Positions 1-13,800 of a stretch of 64,000 nt of DNA are shown here, in pieces. Origin of the DNA: Rhizophagus irregularis (lineage: Eukaryota); the NCBI RefSeq assembly GCF_026210795.1, contig NC_089431.1:3534001-3598000 (forward strand), read 5' to 3'. How positions within the stretch are numbered: the first letter of the stretch is position 1; the number at the start of each line of letters is the position of its first letter. The translations under genes were made by a program, and so were the position numbers. The notes beneath the pieces are model-generated. The model was not told the origin of the DNA. It made no database searches and saw only the letters and a list, made by a program, of their open reading frames with translations.

Positions 1-2562
1 ATAAAAGAATTTTTTGATGATAATAATAAAGATTTATATTATTTTTTAAAAATAATGGAATATCATGATGAGAATGAAAATTGGTTTTCAAGTTTAATAG
101 GATTTTTTTATGAACATGGTATAGGTACTAATGATAATATTATTAATAAAGATAAATCTTTAGAATTATATTTATTATCAATTAATAATAATAATGATAA
201 TAATAATCAAAAATCATTTTTTTCTATTTATCAATTAATTAATATTATCATTTCAAAATTTTTATTATCATTTTATTATTATAAATTTATTATTTTAGAT
301 AAAAGAGATTATATTACAAATGATTTTTTATGTTCTGATAATGTACATGTAATGTCACATAATCAATTTGAAAATTTTAATAATTTATTATTAATGATTA
401 ATTTAAGTAAAGATGAATTAAATGCTATGGAAAATTATTTTAATTCAAAAGATGCTAATAATGAAGAAAATCAATTAAATATTATTAAAAAGAAAGAATT
501 AATAGAATTGAATAATTTAGGTTATTGTTATCAATTTGGAATAGGAAAAAAGAAAGATGATAAAAAAGCATTTGAATTTTATTTAAAATCTGCAGAAGGA
601 GGAAATTCTAGTGCAAAAAATAATTTAGGTTATTGTTATAAAAATGGTATTGGAATAATAAAAGATGAAAAGAAAGCATTTGATTTATATTTAAAAGCAG
701 CTAATGATGGAGATTTATATGCTCAGTATAATTTAGGTGATTCTTACAAAAATGGAATAGGAATAAATAAAGATGATAAAAAAGCATTTGAATGGTTTTA
801 TAAATCTGCTAAAAATGGATATTTATGTGCTCAATATAGATTAGGTAATTATTATCAAAATGGAATTGGAACATCTAAAGATGAAAATAAAGCATTTGAA
901 TTATATATGATGGCTGCTAAAGGAGGAATTATAGATGCAGAAATGATTTTGGGTAATTATTATAAGAATGGAACTGGAACTCCTAAAGATGAAAATAAAT
1001 CATTTGATTGGTATATGAAATCTGCTAAAAAAGGAAATGCAAAAGCACAATCTAATGTAGGTTATTGTTATCAAAATGGAATTGGAATAGAAAAAAATGT
1101 TGAAAAATCTATTTATTGGTATAGGAAAGCAGAAGAAAGTGAATGTGAAATAGCACAATATTATTTAGGTTATTGTTATAAACATGGAGTAGGAGTTAAA
1201 AAAAATAAAGTTAAAGCATATGAATATTTTAAAAAATCAGTTGAAAAAGAATATTTAGATGCTCAATTTGAACTTGGATATTGTTATGATAAAGGATTCG
1301 GAATTGGTGTTAATAAAACAAAAGCATGTGAATTATATAAACTAGCAGCTGAGAGAGATCATATTGTTGCACAATGCAATATTGGAATTTTATGTGAACA
1401 TTTTAATAAAGAATTAGATCAAGCTATTTATTGGTATAGTAAAGCAGCAGAAAATGGTGATAAAATAGCACAATATAATTTAGGTGAATGTTACTTTTTT
1501 GCTAAAGGTGTAAAAAAGGATGAAACAAAAGCTTTTAATTATTATGAAAAATCAGCCAATCAAGGATTTTTAAATGCTCAAGTTCAACTTGGTTATTTAT
1601 ATAGTAATGGTCAAGGAACAGTAAAGGATTTAGAGAAAGCTGTTTACTGGCATAGAATAGCTGCAGATAATGGTGATAAAATGGCACAATATAATTTAGC
1701 CCAGTGCTATCTTTCTGCAAAAGGTGTAGAAAAAGATGAAACTAAAGCTCTTGAATATTATAAAAAATCAGCTAATCAAAATAATCTAGATGCTCAAATT
1801 CAACTCGGTTATTTATATTATAGTGGTCATGGAACAAAAAAAGATTTAAAGGAAGCTGTTTATTGGTATCATAAAGCAGCAGAAAATGGTGATGAACTTG
1901 CGCAATATAACATAGGCGAATGTTATGAATTAGGAAATGGTGTAACAAAAGATGAAGTTAAAGCATTCAAATATTATAAGAAATCAGCTGAAAATGGATA
2001 TTTAGACGCAAAGTTTTTACTTGGGTATTGTTATGTAAATGGTATTGGAACAGAGATTGATAAAGAAAGTGGATTGAAATTATATGATGAGGCATCCAAT
2101 AAAAAAAATGTTAATACACAAAGTATTTCTAATGATTTTTTAGATAAAGTTAATCATTGGTATCATAAAGCAGCGGAAAATGATGATAATAAAGTTGCAT
2201 TGTATGAATTAGGTGAACTTTATTCAGAAGAAGGTATTTTTCAAAATGAAACACGAGCATTTGTATATTATAAGAAATCAGCTGATCAAGGATTTATTGA
2301 TGCTCAGTATAAACTTGGTTATTACTATGAACATGGAATTGAAGTTGATATTGATAAAGAAAAAGCGTATAATTTATATAAAATTGCTGCAGGAAAAGGG
2401 AGTATCGATGCACAAAGAAGTCTTGCTTCATTATATGAATTAGGAGAAGGAACTGAAAAAAATATAATAAAAGCTATCTATTGGTATAAAAAAGCTAAAA
2501 AAAATGGATGTCTAAAAGCTAAAAAAAGATTAAATATTCTTTTAAAACAACAAGAAACTTAA
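1..2562 (+). CDS. Sel1-like repeat (SLR/HCP-like) protein, probably 5'-truncated by the window edge
   Basis: Many ~36-aa repeats of the form AQYNLGxCYxNGxGxxKDxxKAFxWYxKSAxxG. The frame is open from base 1, upstream of the ATG at 55. Confidence 0.92.
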   Translation: MKEFFDDNNKDLYYFLKIMEYHDENENWFSSLIGFFYEHGIGTNDNIINKDKSLELYLLSINNNNDNNNQKSFFSIYQLINIIISKFLLSFYYYKFIILDKRDYITNDFLCSDNVHVMSHNQFENFNNLLLMINLSKDELNAMENYFNSKDANNEENQLNIIKKKELIELNNLGYCYQFGIGKKKDDKKAFEFYLKSAEGGNSSAKNNLGYCYKNGIGIIKDEKKAFDLYLKAANDGDLYAQYNLGDSYKNGIGINKDDKKAFEWFYKSAKNGYLCAQYRLGNYYQNGIGTSKDENKAFELYMMAAKGGIIDAEMILGNYYKNGTGTPKDENKSFDWYMKSAKKGNAKAQSNVGYCYQNGIGIEKNVEKSIYWYRKAEESECEIAQYYLGYCYKHGVGVKKNKVKAYEYFKKSVEKEYLDAQFELGYCYDKGFGIGVNKTKACELYKLAAERDHIVAQCNIGILCEHFNKELDQAIYWYSKAAENGDKIAQYNLGECYFFAKGVKKDETKAFNYYEKSANQGFLNAQVQLGYLYSNGQGTVKDLEKAVYWHRIAADNGDKMAQYNLAQCYLSAKGVEKDETKALEYYKKSANQNNLDAQIQLGYLYYSGHGTKKDLKEAVYWYHKAAENGDELAQYNIGECYELGNGVTKDEVKAFKYYKKSAENGYLDAKFLLGYCYVNGIGTEIDKESGLKLYDEASNKKNVNTQSISNDFLDKVNHWYHKAAENDDNKVALYELGELYSEEGIFQNETRAFVYYKKSADQGFIDAQYKLGYYYEHGIEVDIDKEKAYNLYKIAAGKGSIDAQRSLASLYELGEGTEKNIIKAIYWYKKAKKNGCLKAKKRLNILLKQQET

Positions 2563-3428
2563 AAAACATTCACTGTTTAATAATTTTCTACTTTTTTTTT
2601 AAAAAAAATAATTTTGCTATTAAATGATTATTATTCGCTATTATATTTGTACATAATTAATTAAATATCATTTTTAATAAACTTAAACCATATCATCATA
2701 CATTCATGCACGTATATCGTAACATGAATTTTTATGTCAATGAAGATATTTTATCGACTCTGCCATTTTATTATTTTATTTCATCTTTTTAATTTATTTC
2801 ATACTTTGAATAATTCTTATGTGTAAAATAATTTGTGAACTTTGAATATTTTGTGCTTACATTCATGCACCTATTAACCCGACTTCTGCCAATAAAAAAA
2901 AAATAGCTTAGCAGAAAATAACTTAATGCTGCTGATGCACTAAATTTATGGTAAAGATGGTTTAAATCTAAAAAATAAATGATGCAACCTTATGGTTTTG
3001 CATTTTGTGCTAATCAATAGATTAGAGCTGCGACTCGGGATCCGGATCATATCCAAATCAAAAAATGTGTTACTCAACTCCAAAACGGGTATTACCCGTT
3101 TATCTTTTTGTTAGATATGATATATAAATTAAGATATTTATCAAATATAAAACAAAATAAAGAAGTCTTTTAGAATTTAGGATAAGTATTGATAAAACTC
3201 ACCAGTAGTAACCACTCAATTCTGGATGAAATAATAATTTTGGCCAGAATTAATAAGAATCTCTGTAGGTCAAAAATTTTCATAAATTATTTCGTGGCGA
3301 CTAGTGAGTAGTGATGATCACCAAGTGACATCCATAATATAAAAAATATTAATTCCGGCCGGCATTAAAATTCTGGCCAGAGTCAACATCTTAATTCCTG
3401 CAAAATTTATAAAGCAATTAGTAATACC

Positions 3429-4037
3429 CGGGTATGGTATCTGAACTTTTCGTCAAAGTCCATTTCACTGAAACCCATTTCGCCGAAACCATTTTACCGA
3501 AAGGATATTTCACCGAAGGGGTATTTCGCTGAAATACCATTTCACTGAAACTCCATTTTACCAATATCCATTTCACTGAAGCCATTTTATCAAATGGACA
3601 TTTTGCTGAATGGACATTTTGCCGAAAAATTATTATTTTATCGTTTTATACTAAGTACATTTTTCTAGAAAAATTTTTGAATTAGCTGATTTCTATTGAA
3701 TTTATCTCGTTGTTTATAATACATTAATCTTTTTTATGCTTACTTTTTCGCAAATATCAGGAAAATAAAGTTATTTATTTATTGCTTAACAATTAATATC
3801 AGTTACTTGAACGTTAAAGTGATAATATCCTGGAAAAAAAAATCCCTAAAAATAATTTGAATTTTATTTTTATTGCGTGATGAATAATTTTTACAAAAAT
3901 GTTAATCGCTACCATTTTCTGTGAAATAGAATTCAGCGATTCGGTGAAATGGATTCATAAAATGTACTTTCGGAGAAATGAAACGTTCCTTCGGTGAAAC
4001 TTAATTGCTTCGGCGAAATGTACTTATTAGATACCCG
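3429..4037. mobile_element. Possible foldback/MITE remnant
   Basis: CATTT(T/C)(A/G)C(C/T)GAA motifs clustered at 3460-3630 recur inverted (TTCGG(C/T)GAAATG) at 3940-4020. Ends CGGGTAT / ATACCCG are inverted. No clear TSD. Confidence 0.45.
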
Positions 4038-4405
4038 CCCATGGAATAACAGGCTTATCTCATTGTGTATGACACATACACCGATGGATTTATACTTTTT
4101 TCAGCGTATACATAATACCGATGGGATAAAAATTTAGAATATGCATTACCTGTTAAATAAATCAAATTTTGAACCAGAATAGAATAATAATCGAAGATTA
4201 TTTGAGTATTCGTAAGTTTATGCGTAAAAAGTAACACAAAGAAAAAAATGTATTTAATTACGCTTGTTAAACGTAACTCTAATTAAAATGATTGACATTT
4301 TCTAAATTAGTTGAGAGACGGATTAACGTTTAACAGAAGATGTGTATCGTAAAAAAGTTACCATTTGTTCAAAAGGGGCATTCAGTATCTAAGTTTACTT
4401 CAAAG

Positions 4406-5562
4406 TAGAGGTCTGCATTTGCCCATATTTTAAAACCCGGCCCGGCCCGGAAATAATATATGAATATATATGCCGGCCCGGGCCCAGCCCGGGCCTTAAA
4501 TATATATTTTATGCCAACCCGGCCTGGCCCGGATTCATAATATCAAAACCCGGCCCAACCCGGAATTCTTATAATTATTTATATAAATGTAAATCATTTT
4601 AGTATAGTGATTTTGGCAAATCAAAATAAATTTATATGTAGATCATTTTTGTGTAGTAATTTTCGGCAAATCAAGAAATTCAATAATAATATTCATTTAT
4701 ATAAACAGTTGAAACAAAATTCACTAATTATTTGAAAATGTTGATACTTAATATAATAAAAATTGTGAATATTAATAATATGTAATAAAAATTTTGAAAT
4801 ATAACGTGAAAATATAATGTAGATCACAATTATAAATTTTGTGTCACAGAAATTTGATAATTTTAAACAACGCGAAAACTTAGTGATTTGAAATAACAGA
4901 TAATGTATTTATTTATAAATAAAAATTTTGTATAGTAATTTACTATTTCTTTTTAAAAAAATAATTTTATTATAAATAATTTAATAAATAAAAATTTATT
5001 TATTTTTTTTTAGCAAATCAACTATTTTTAACCATTATTTTTGTTGATCGTAGTTCGTATTATGATGCGCGTTTTTATTTTTTTTTTCAATAATAATAAA
5101 AAACAAAATAAAATTTTATTTATTTATTTATTTATTCTATTTATTTAAAAAAAACAATGAAATTGTAGCATAACATTTAAATTTTTTTTAAAAAACAATA
5201 CAAGCGAAAAGTTATATTAGAAAAATTTATTAACTATAATATACTATAATACACCAAAAAGGAAATAAATTATATAAAATTAAATCAAAAAATGTATAAA
5301 AATAAAATAAAAATTATTATATTTAATATTAAAAAACTTAAATTTAAATTTCGGCCAGAATTAACAAAATTTTGGCCAGAATTAATAAAATTCCGGGTTG
5401 AGAATCTAAACCCGGACCCGGCCCGGAAAATTTATGAAAATCAAATGCCGGCCCGGACCCAGCCCGGGTGAATTTTGAAGGAAAATTTGCCGGCTTAAAC
5501 CCGGATCCGGGTCTGGGCCGGGTCCGGGTTTCCGGGTTGCGGGTCCTGTTTGCAGACCTCTA
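4406..5562. mobile_element. Non-autonomous hAT-type element (MITE)
   Basis: 12-bp TIR TAGAGGTCTGCA / TGCAGACCTCTA; exact 8-bp TSD CTTCAAAG (4398-4405, 5563-5570); subterminal CCCGG clusters at both ends; no ORF. Confidence 0.88.
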
Positions 5563-5701
5563 CTTCAAAGTCCTCAACAATGTATTATAAAGAAGTTATT
5601 TTGACTTCTGAATTTAATACATATCTTGTGTTTCATTAATATCAATGATGTTACTCATCAATATTTCCTTGACCATTTATTATTTTCGTCTCCTTTAACG
5701 T

Positions 5702-6250
5702 TTATCCCTTAAACTGTTTTGCAGCCAAATTTGCCTGCAATTTTGTTTTTTAATTAAAGCCACTTTTAAATACCTTAAAATATTTTATTACATAAACCAA
5801 TATTTTTATAATAAATTCTATAGTATTTTCTAAGTAAAAATCGAAAAAAAAGTTCAATTTGATTAATGATTTTTTAAAAGTAAATGATCGACAAATTATA
5901 ACAAATAGTAGCTAAATTTTTCAAATTGAAATATCTTTTTATTCATTAATCCTAGAAATATAAAATTACCACCATTTGATGTGTCTTAATGAGAAGAATC
6001 TGATAGAAATAAAATTGTCCTTCTACAAATATTATGTGACAGGATAACTTATAAAATCTAAAAATTTATAAATTAATATAACTTTTTATTTATCAATTTT
6101 AGAGCTATAATTTTATTACCATTAAATGCGCCTTAATAAGAGGAATCTAACAAATATAATTTCATCTTTCTATAATCACTAGATCTTAAGATATTTTAAA
6201 AATTCAAAAATTTTTAAAATTAATTTTAACCCCTACAGTTTAAGGGATAA
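5702..6250. mobile_element. Small TIR element (MITE) with CCCTT...AAGGG ends
   Basis: 16-bp inverted repeat TTATCCCTTAAACTGT (5702-5717) / ACAGTTTAAGGGATAA (6235-6250); no coding capacity. Confidence 0.55.
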
Positions 6251-6703
6251 TGTGTAGAATTTTTTTTTTTCGGAGATATTATCATAGAACTAGAATAGGG
6301 TTTTGTATTACACTTTTTTTCGAGTTAGTAAAATTTTTACAATAATTTTGATTTACTGATACCTGAATAATTAATTTTTACCTTAAGGAAGACGCTGATC
6401 ATATTCTTTGAAAGAATTCTCGTATTTTTAAAATACAGTTCTAGATTAGTTCTTTAGAATTTCCACTACAAGGAATTTTGTATGAAATTTTTTAGAATTC
6501 GAAGAAAGAATTTTTTAATTAACCTTTGTCAAAGATTTTTATGATCAAAATATTATATATATCGATAATTTTCTTTCGCTAATGATTAAAAAAAAATTGA
6601 TATATTTATAATAATCGACGAACTACATACTTAAATTTAACTTTTAATATCAGAAAACATGTATTTAAATTAACCAGTGCGAAACTCACAACGTAAAAAA
6701 AAT

Positions 6704-7766
6704 ATGTTTATAAAATGTAATGAATGTAAGAGAAAAAGAAAAACTTTAGATGAAAGTCACCAGATTTGCCACATATGCCACAAATCAAAGATACTGTTTA
6801 AATCAAGTGGAAACAAAATTATTGATGACTTCATCAGATTTACACAAGTCAACCTTGCCAGGGAGGAAGGTAAAATGGAGTTTGTTACTTATGATCAATT
6901 CAAAAATATAGAATTTATTGCCGAAGGAGGATATAGTAAAGTTTATAAAGCTACTTGGGTAGATGGTCCAATTGATTGGTATAATATTAAACGTGAAAAT
7001 TCGAATATTACTCATAGAACTTGCGTGAAAAACTATAAAGTTATTCTTAAAAATCTTAATAATTCCAAAAACATTACATTAAAGGAGCTGAATGAGGTAT
7101 GATCCATGTAATATTTTTAATCTTCAATGTAATGAAAATGGTAAACTAATGATTCTTTTTTTAGCTCAAGGTATTTTATCAGATACTTTCAAATATAAAT
7201 AATAGTGTTTATTACATCAGTACTTATTTAGGAATAACACAAGATCCTATTACCAAAATTATTATTATTATTATGCCATATTATAGTTCGGGTGATTTGA
7301 CACATTATTTAAGTAATGACTTTTATATTAAAGATTGGAAGACAAAACTTAGTAGATTACTAGGGAAAATGGCAAAAGGACTTAGTACTATGCATGCAAC
7401 AAAATTATCCATAAAGATTTACATATATAGTGGAAATATCTTGGTTGAAATAAATGATTATGGCAATAGTAATACATATATAGCTAGGTGATCTAGGAAT
7501 AAGTAAATCTGCAACTGAATATACAGATAATAATGATGAGAAATATGGTATTATTCCTTATATGGCACCAGAGATTTTTAAAGGACAAAAATATACTACA
7601 GCCTCAGATATATATAGTTTTGGGATGATTTATGTGGGAATTGATGACAGGTAGAAGACCTTTTTGGGATAGAATTCATGATACAGAACTTATAATTGAA
7701 ATATGTGATGGTTTAAGACCACCAACCGCTACAAATGCACCTGAAGGATATATTGAATTAATGAAA
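6704..7766 (+). pseudogene. TKL-like protein kinase pseudogene, 5' part (split by the CACTA insertion)
   Basis: FIAEGGYSKVYKATW, an intron after LNE, IHKDLH/SGNI region frameshifted, GDLG, YGIIPYMAPE, DIYSFG. Ends ...PEGYIELMK exactly at the CACTA TIR. Confidence 0.88.
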
Positions 7767-7944
7767 CCCTATGAAAAAAGCCTGTGTGATTTTTGTTGAA
7801 AAAACATCCAATTAAATTCACTATGATTTCTGTATATTTGACCATACAATAATTGTGCTAAAAATTGCAATAAATCACACAATAGTTGTATGGCAATCAT
7901 ACAATAATCATCCAATTTATGACCTGATTTTATATAATTATTGT

Positions 7945-8160
7945 CTAATTTTTGAGCCAAATTTTAGGCTGAATTTTAGGAATTATTCTGGGCCGAATTT
8001 AGAAATTATTGTGAGCCAAATTTTAGGAATTATTAGGAATTATTATGGCCGAATTTAGGAATTATTGTGGGCCGAATTATTAAGAATTATTATGGCAAAT
8101 TTAGGAATTATTGTAAGCCGAATTTAGGAATTATTGTGGGCCAAATTTTAGGAATTATGA
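7945..8160. repeat. Subterminal tandem repeat of the CACTA left arm
   Basis: Repeated TTTAGGAATTATTGTGGGCCGAA-like units. Confidence 0.75.
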
Positions 8161-8789
8161 TTACAGTAAGTTAAAATTTGGTCAGTAACGATTAACGACA
8201 AGCAAATTTATAAAGTGAAATTATGGATTTTTATTAATTTAATATACAAAATAAAACACTATATTTGATATGAATTATAAATGTAGAAAACTATAAAAAA
8301 ATATAAATATATATATATAATAATTCATAAATAATATACTATCGCTGTATTAGATATAAACTATAAATTAAAACTATAAATGTATAAAGAAAATAAAATC
8401 AAATATTAAAGAAAGTAAAGTAAATTATTGGTATAAGTAAATTATTAATATTAAAAATAAAAAAGTATGAAGTTAGTAAAGAAAGCAAAATTAGAATTAG
8501 TAATAAGTAGTATGGAAAGTAAATTGTTAGCATTTGTTAGCGTTAGTAATAATAAAAAAAAAGAAAGTAAAATAAATTATTGTAAGTAAATTATTAATAT
8601 TAAAAATAAAAAAGTATGAAGTTAATAAAGAAAGCAAATTAGTAAGTAGTATGGAAAGTAATTGTTAGCGTTTGTTAGCGTTAGTAATAATAAAAAAAAG
8701 TATAAAGTTAGTGAAAAAAGCAAGTTAGTAATTGAAATGTAAAAAAGTTAGAAAATAAATAAAAGGATAAAAAAAATAAATTTTCTTAC

Positions 8790-9050
8790 CGAAAAGAAAG
8801 TTTGAAGAAAAAAAGTTTGAAGAAAAGAAAGTTTGAAGAAAAGAAAGTTTGAAGAAAAAAAGTTTGAAGAAAAAAAAGGTTAAAAAAAATAAACAAATAT
8901 TTTCTGCGTAGTGAAAAAAGTAAGTTAGTAATGTAAAAAAGTTAAAAAATAAATTCTGCGTAGTGAAAAAAGTAAGTTAGTAATGTAAAAAAGTTAAAAA
9001 ATAAATAAACGAAAAGAAAAGTTTGAAGAAAAAAGAAAAAAAGTTTGAAG
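8790..9050. repeat. AAAGTTTGAAGAAA short tandem repeats
   Basis: About 5 tandem copies at 8795-8870 plus further copies near 9015-9050. Confidence 0.7.
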
Positions 9051-10313
9051 AAATAAAAAAATAAACAAATATTTTCTGCGTTATATTTATTATTTATTTT
9101 GATGATCAGATCACGTGGTATAATATAATTTAATTTTAATTGGACGATCAGATCACGTGTATTATATACATAATTTTAATTGGACAATTTCTTTTATTTT
9201 CCAAACTAACCGGATAAGTAGTGACACAAAATTTTAACTAACGAAAAATGAACTTTTAAACTTTAATTTTGCATTAGTTACAAAATTTCATTACAAAAGC
9301 AATACGACAACACAAAAATTTACTTTATTTAAAATATATATGCATATTATGTATGTTATCTCTAATTTATGAAATAAAATAAAATATTAGTATTTGTAAC
9401 TAATTAATTTCAAATTAAATAACTTACTTTATTATTTTCGTTATAATCTAAAATAAAAATAAAAATTAATTGATTATTATAAAAAATTTTTTGTAATATA
9501 AAATGAAAAAATAAATATTAATTATTACCTTTTCGCGGTTGATTGGAAATCCGCCCAGATTTTTTTCTTTCATTTTTTTTCTTCCCGCTCTTTTCGCTGG
9601 CATTTGTATTGCCAACGTCTGTACTATTATCATTTTTTTTCTTTCCGCTCTTTCCGCTGACATTTGTATTGGTATTGTCAACGTCTGTATTATTATCATT
9701 TTTTTTCTTTCTGCTCTTTCCGCTGACATTTGTATTGGTATCGTCAACGTCTGTATTATTATCGTTATTATCAGACTTCAAGAAAAGTTTAAAAGAGATA
9801 TAACTGAAGTTAAAAATATGTTTTTAACAAAATGCTTATACTATATATATTATACCTTATCTGATAAATCATCTGCAGTTCCACTACTACTAATGACCAC
9901 TTTGTTTTTAATTTTATCTCTAGTGATCACCGATTTATTCTTTTTTAAAATAACTTCCGTTTTCTTCTTCTTTAGTTTTTTTTTGGTGGGCACCTTTTAT
10001 AAAATTCAAAAATTAATACGTATTTATTTTTATAAATAAATATAATTCAAAAGATGAAATTATTATTTACGTTTATTGTTCATCGAGCGGCGAAATAATT
10101 CTTTGATAGCCCAATCTCCTGTTGTTTTGGGAAAATGACTATTATTCCCTTTGAACTGAAAAAAAAATTTTGTTAAATGTATTATAAATGTATTGATTTA
10201 AAGTATGATTAATTTACAATATACTCACCTTCTCGATAATTTTTAATATTGCTCTCCTCTCCTGCTTTTCCCAGGACGTTTCAACATCGATATACGCTTC
10301 AATTAGGTCACGT

Positions 10314-10806
10314 TGATAACGAAGATTATGGCGCAGTAAAAATCACGTGATTTAAAAATCAGATGATTAATTAGTAGATCAATCATTATGTAATCAAATA
10401 ATTTTGTAGATCTGATTAACGTTACAATTGTTATTTTTGTTATTTATATTATTTATGTTATTTTTATTATTTTTATTATTTCTTTTATTTATTATATTTA
10501 TTTTATTTACTTTATTTATTTTAGTTATATTATTTTCTTTATATTTTATTTTTATATAAATATCTTTTGATTTTTCTTAAGTTAAAGTGTGTGTCAGTGT
10601 GTCAGATAGATAGAAAATAGATAGTATAAGTTAGGGATTAACTTGTATTAACTATTTAATAAACTCTTATATTAAAAACGAACTGTGATTGTGTTATATT
10701 TTGCGTATTGTGTTTTTGCGTGTCTTGCTGATATAAACTACGTTATAGCTATTGACTCCCTAACGTTTAGTTATAGTTGACAGAGTCTGAGACGGACCTG
10801 TTAACA
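10314..10806 (+). repeat. 5' LTR
   Basis: TGATAACGAAG...CCTGTTAACA; direct repeat of 18366-18858. Confidence 0.95.
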
Positions 10807-10809
10807 AAG

Positions 10810-10826
10810 TGGTGATTCCTGCCAGG
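10810..10826 (+). promoter_or_regulatory. Primer binding site (tRNA not identified)
   Basis: TGGTGATTCCTGCCAGG, 3 nt after the 5' LTR; starts with TGG, complementary to tRNA CCA. Confidence 0.75.
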
Positions 10827-10839
10827 TCATAAGAGATTT

Positions 10840-13800
10840 ATGACCATACAAGATCATTTCGAACAACAATTACAATTAACTACTCGCCATACTGCTCAAC
10901 ATCTTTTAAATATAAATCCACCTACTACTGTAGATCATTCTTGTCGTATCTGTTATCCTCCACCTCTTGTTTTACCACCTGCCTTTCAAAATTTCTGGAA
11001 TTGGATTAGTAACTACTTCTTTGCAGTTAGTTATACCTCCTACACTATAAGGGCTTTACCTATCTTCTGTCAAGCATTTCAATTAGATAACAATAGAATC
11101 AAAGGACTCCAAGTTTTAATCCTATCTAGTAAACTACTTTTTAGTATTAGATACCAGCAAAGACCTGATCCTATCAGAAATCTAGTATTTTTCTTCTTCA
11201 ATCTTACTCATAGAACAAACTATTTTAATAATCCTGTTACACCTCAATTAGTTGCTCAACTTAACACTGATATCCAAACTGAAAGAAATAATAACCCTAA
11301 TAATCTCATAGATAACCCTCCTGTTTATAATCAAAATATGGCTGACGAAGCTGCTATCACCAATGCTTTGCAAACTGTTTTTGGTAATAATGCTGCCAAT
11401 CTTTTGAGCAGAGGAAGTAATATTGCAAAAATTGAACCCTTTTCTGGAAAAGAAGATGAAGATCCTATCGAATGGTTAGCTATTTTTGAAAAGGCTGCTG
11501 CTACTAATGGTTGGACTACTCCTGAGAGAAAACTAGCAGTTGCAGCTTCTTATTTAAGAGGTGCTGCATCTGATTGGTATGATACTAATTCTGCTACAAT
11601 AGGTAACCACTGGGAATCTGGACAAAACACTGGCAATAATTTTACAGACCTTTTTAAAAAATATTTTGCAAATGATACTTGCAAAAATAAATGGTATCAG
11701 GAATTACTCACCTTAAGACAAGGTAGTAATGAAACAGTAAATGATTATGCCGCTAAATTCCAAAGGTTATTAAAGAGAGTTGATACTACCAATGCTATTC
11801 CTGATGCTCAGAAAATTAGAATGTTCCTTTTTGGATTAACTCCTACTATCACTCCTATGGTACATTTACAAGATGCTAATACTTTATCTGATGTCATTGG
11901 TAATGCAAGAAAAGTTGAAACCGGATTAAATTACGCACATTTAGGACCAAGTGTTACTGGAATTGCTACTAAAGTAGCTACTGTATTAACCACACCTGCA
12001 AAAACTGAAAGTCCTCAAATGGAAGCAATTGAAGCATTAACTCAACAAATGCAGAAACTTTCACTTAACTATGCAAATTTATCTAGTGCTTTATTAGCTC
12101 AAACTCAACCCATTCAACCACAACCTGTTAGAAGAATCCAACCTGCGAGATATACTCAACCAAATAATTTAACCCAAACTTTCAGACCTAATAGACCCAG
12201 AACTGATATAAGAGATATCGAATGCTACAGATGTGGAGAAAAAGGACATTACACTAGAGATTGTATGTCAGAAAGAAATGCAAGAAGACCTCAAAGAAGA
12301 GATGCTCATTATTTGGAAACATATGAAGAAACTTATGATTCTTATGATAATTATTATGAAGATGAATATTATCAAGATTATTACGATGACAATTATGAGG
12401 AAGCTGAAGCCTATGTCACTACTCGTTCTAGATCTCAACCAACCACTAACTATAGGCCAAAACCTAAACAACCAAGAGCTGTAGAAAATATTATTTCATC
12501 TGAATCACAACAAGAACAGAGATTGAGAAGACCCCAACCAAGACAAAATATCAATATTCCAATGGATGAAGTTATTGAAACAACTGCTACTCCTGCTGTT
12601 CCACCAAAAAGAACTGTTAAAAGAACCCCAAGAATGCCCTCAATTATTGAACAGATGCCTCCTTATCGCATTTCAGATGACATATTAAATATGCCATCTT
12701 CAGCAAAGATTGGACAACTTTTGAAATATAACGACCAAAAGAAAGATTTTGCCAGAATTTTGAGAAGACCACCTAAGACTCAAGAAACTAACTATGTAGA
12801 TAGAATCTCTGATTCAGAAGAAGGTGATACTAGAGACACCACTGCTGTGAAATGTGCAGTGAGAATTAAAGGAGATCCTGTTTATGCAATTTTAGATTCA
12901 GGAGCTGCTGTTTGTGTTATCACCAAATCTCTTGCTCGAAAGTTGAGATTGAAAATCACTAAACCCTCCAACACTATTGTAGTCACTGCGGATGGGACAA
13001 GAAACAGAGCCTTAGGACAAATAGAAAAAGTACCTATAGTAATTCAAACTCTCCTTATCCCTACCACTTTCCATGTTATTGACTCAAAGGATGAAACCCT
13101 ACTCTTAGGAACTGACTGGTTTAGGCGTACCAGAGCTGTACTTGATTTCAATAATAAATCAGTTCAATTGACTTTCCTAGCTAAAACTATTCTTGCACCT
13201 ATTTCAATTCATATTGGAGAAGTTCCCAGATATGTATCTTTCCAAGAAGAAGAAATTGACAATGAAATAGACGAAATTTTTGATGAATATGAGTATGAGG
13301 ATGACCTAATTGAAAAAGAAATTCACCTTCTTAATAGTGAATCAAGTGAAGATGAAGAAATATGGGAACAATGGTATCAACAACCACTAAACTATAACCC
13401 TTGGGATGAAAAGGAGGAAATTCCTGACCAATATAATTTATTAGAAGATATTTTAAATGATTACCTAACTGAAGATGATGAAGATAAAACTGATAATCCT
13501 GCACTATTCTTAGCTCAAGCAGAAAAAGGAAATGAGTGGAATATCCAAAAAGACCTACATGTCGGACCGCTTACAGATCATCAACAGACACAATTCCAAC
13601 AAGTATTGAACAACAATGAAGATATTTGTGCAAAGAGCCAGACTGATATTGGGAGAACTGGATTAATTAAACATCAAATCCACACTGGAGACGCTGCACC
13701 TCAAGCAAGAAGTCCCTACAGAACTAACCCTAAGAAGAAAGAATTCCTTAGAGAAGAAATAAAGAAGTTGGAACAACAAGGAATGATAAAGAAATCCATG

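Noticed and set aside
9466..10039. Hydrophobic plus-strand ORFs suggesting a membrane protein
   Set aside because: Antisense shadows of the tandemly repeated K/N/D/T-rich exon of the minus-strand gene.
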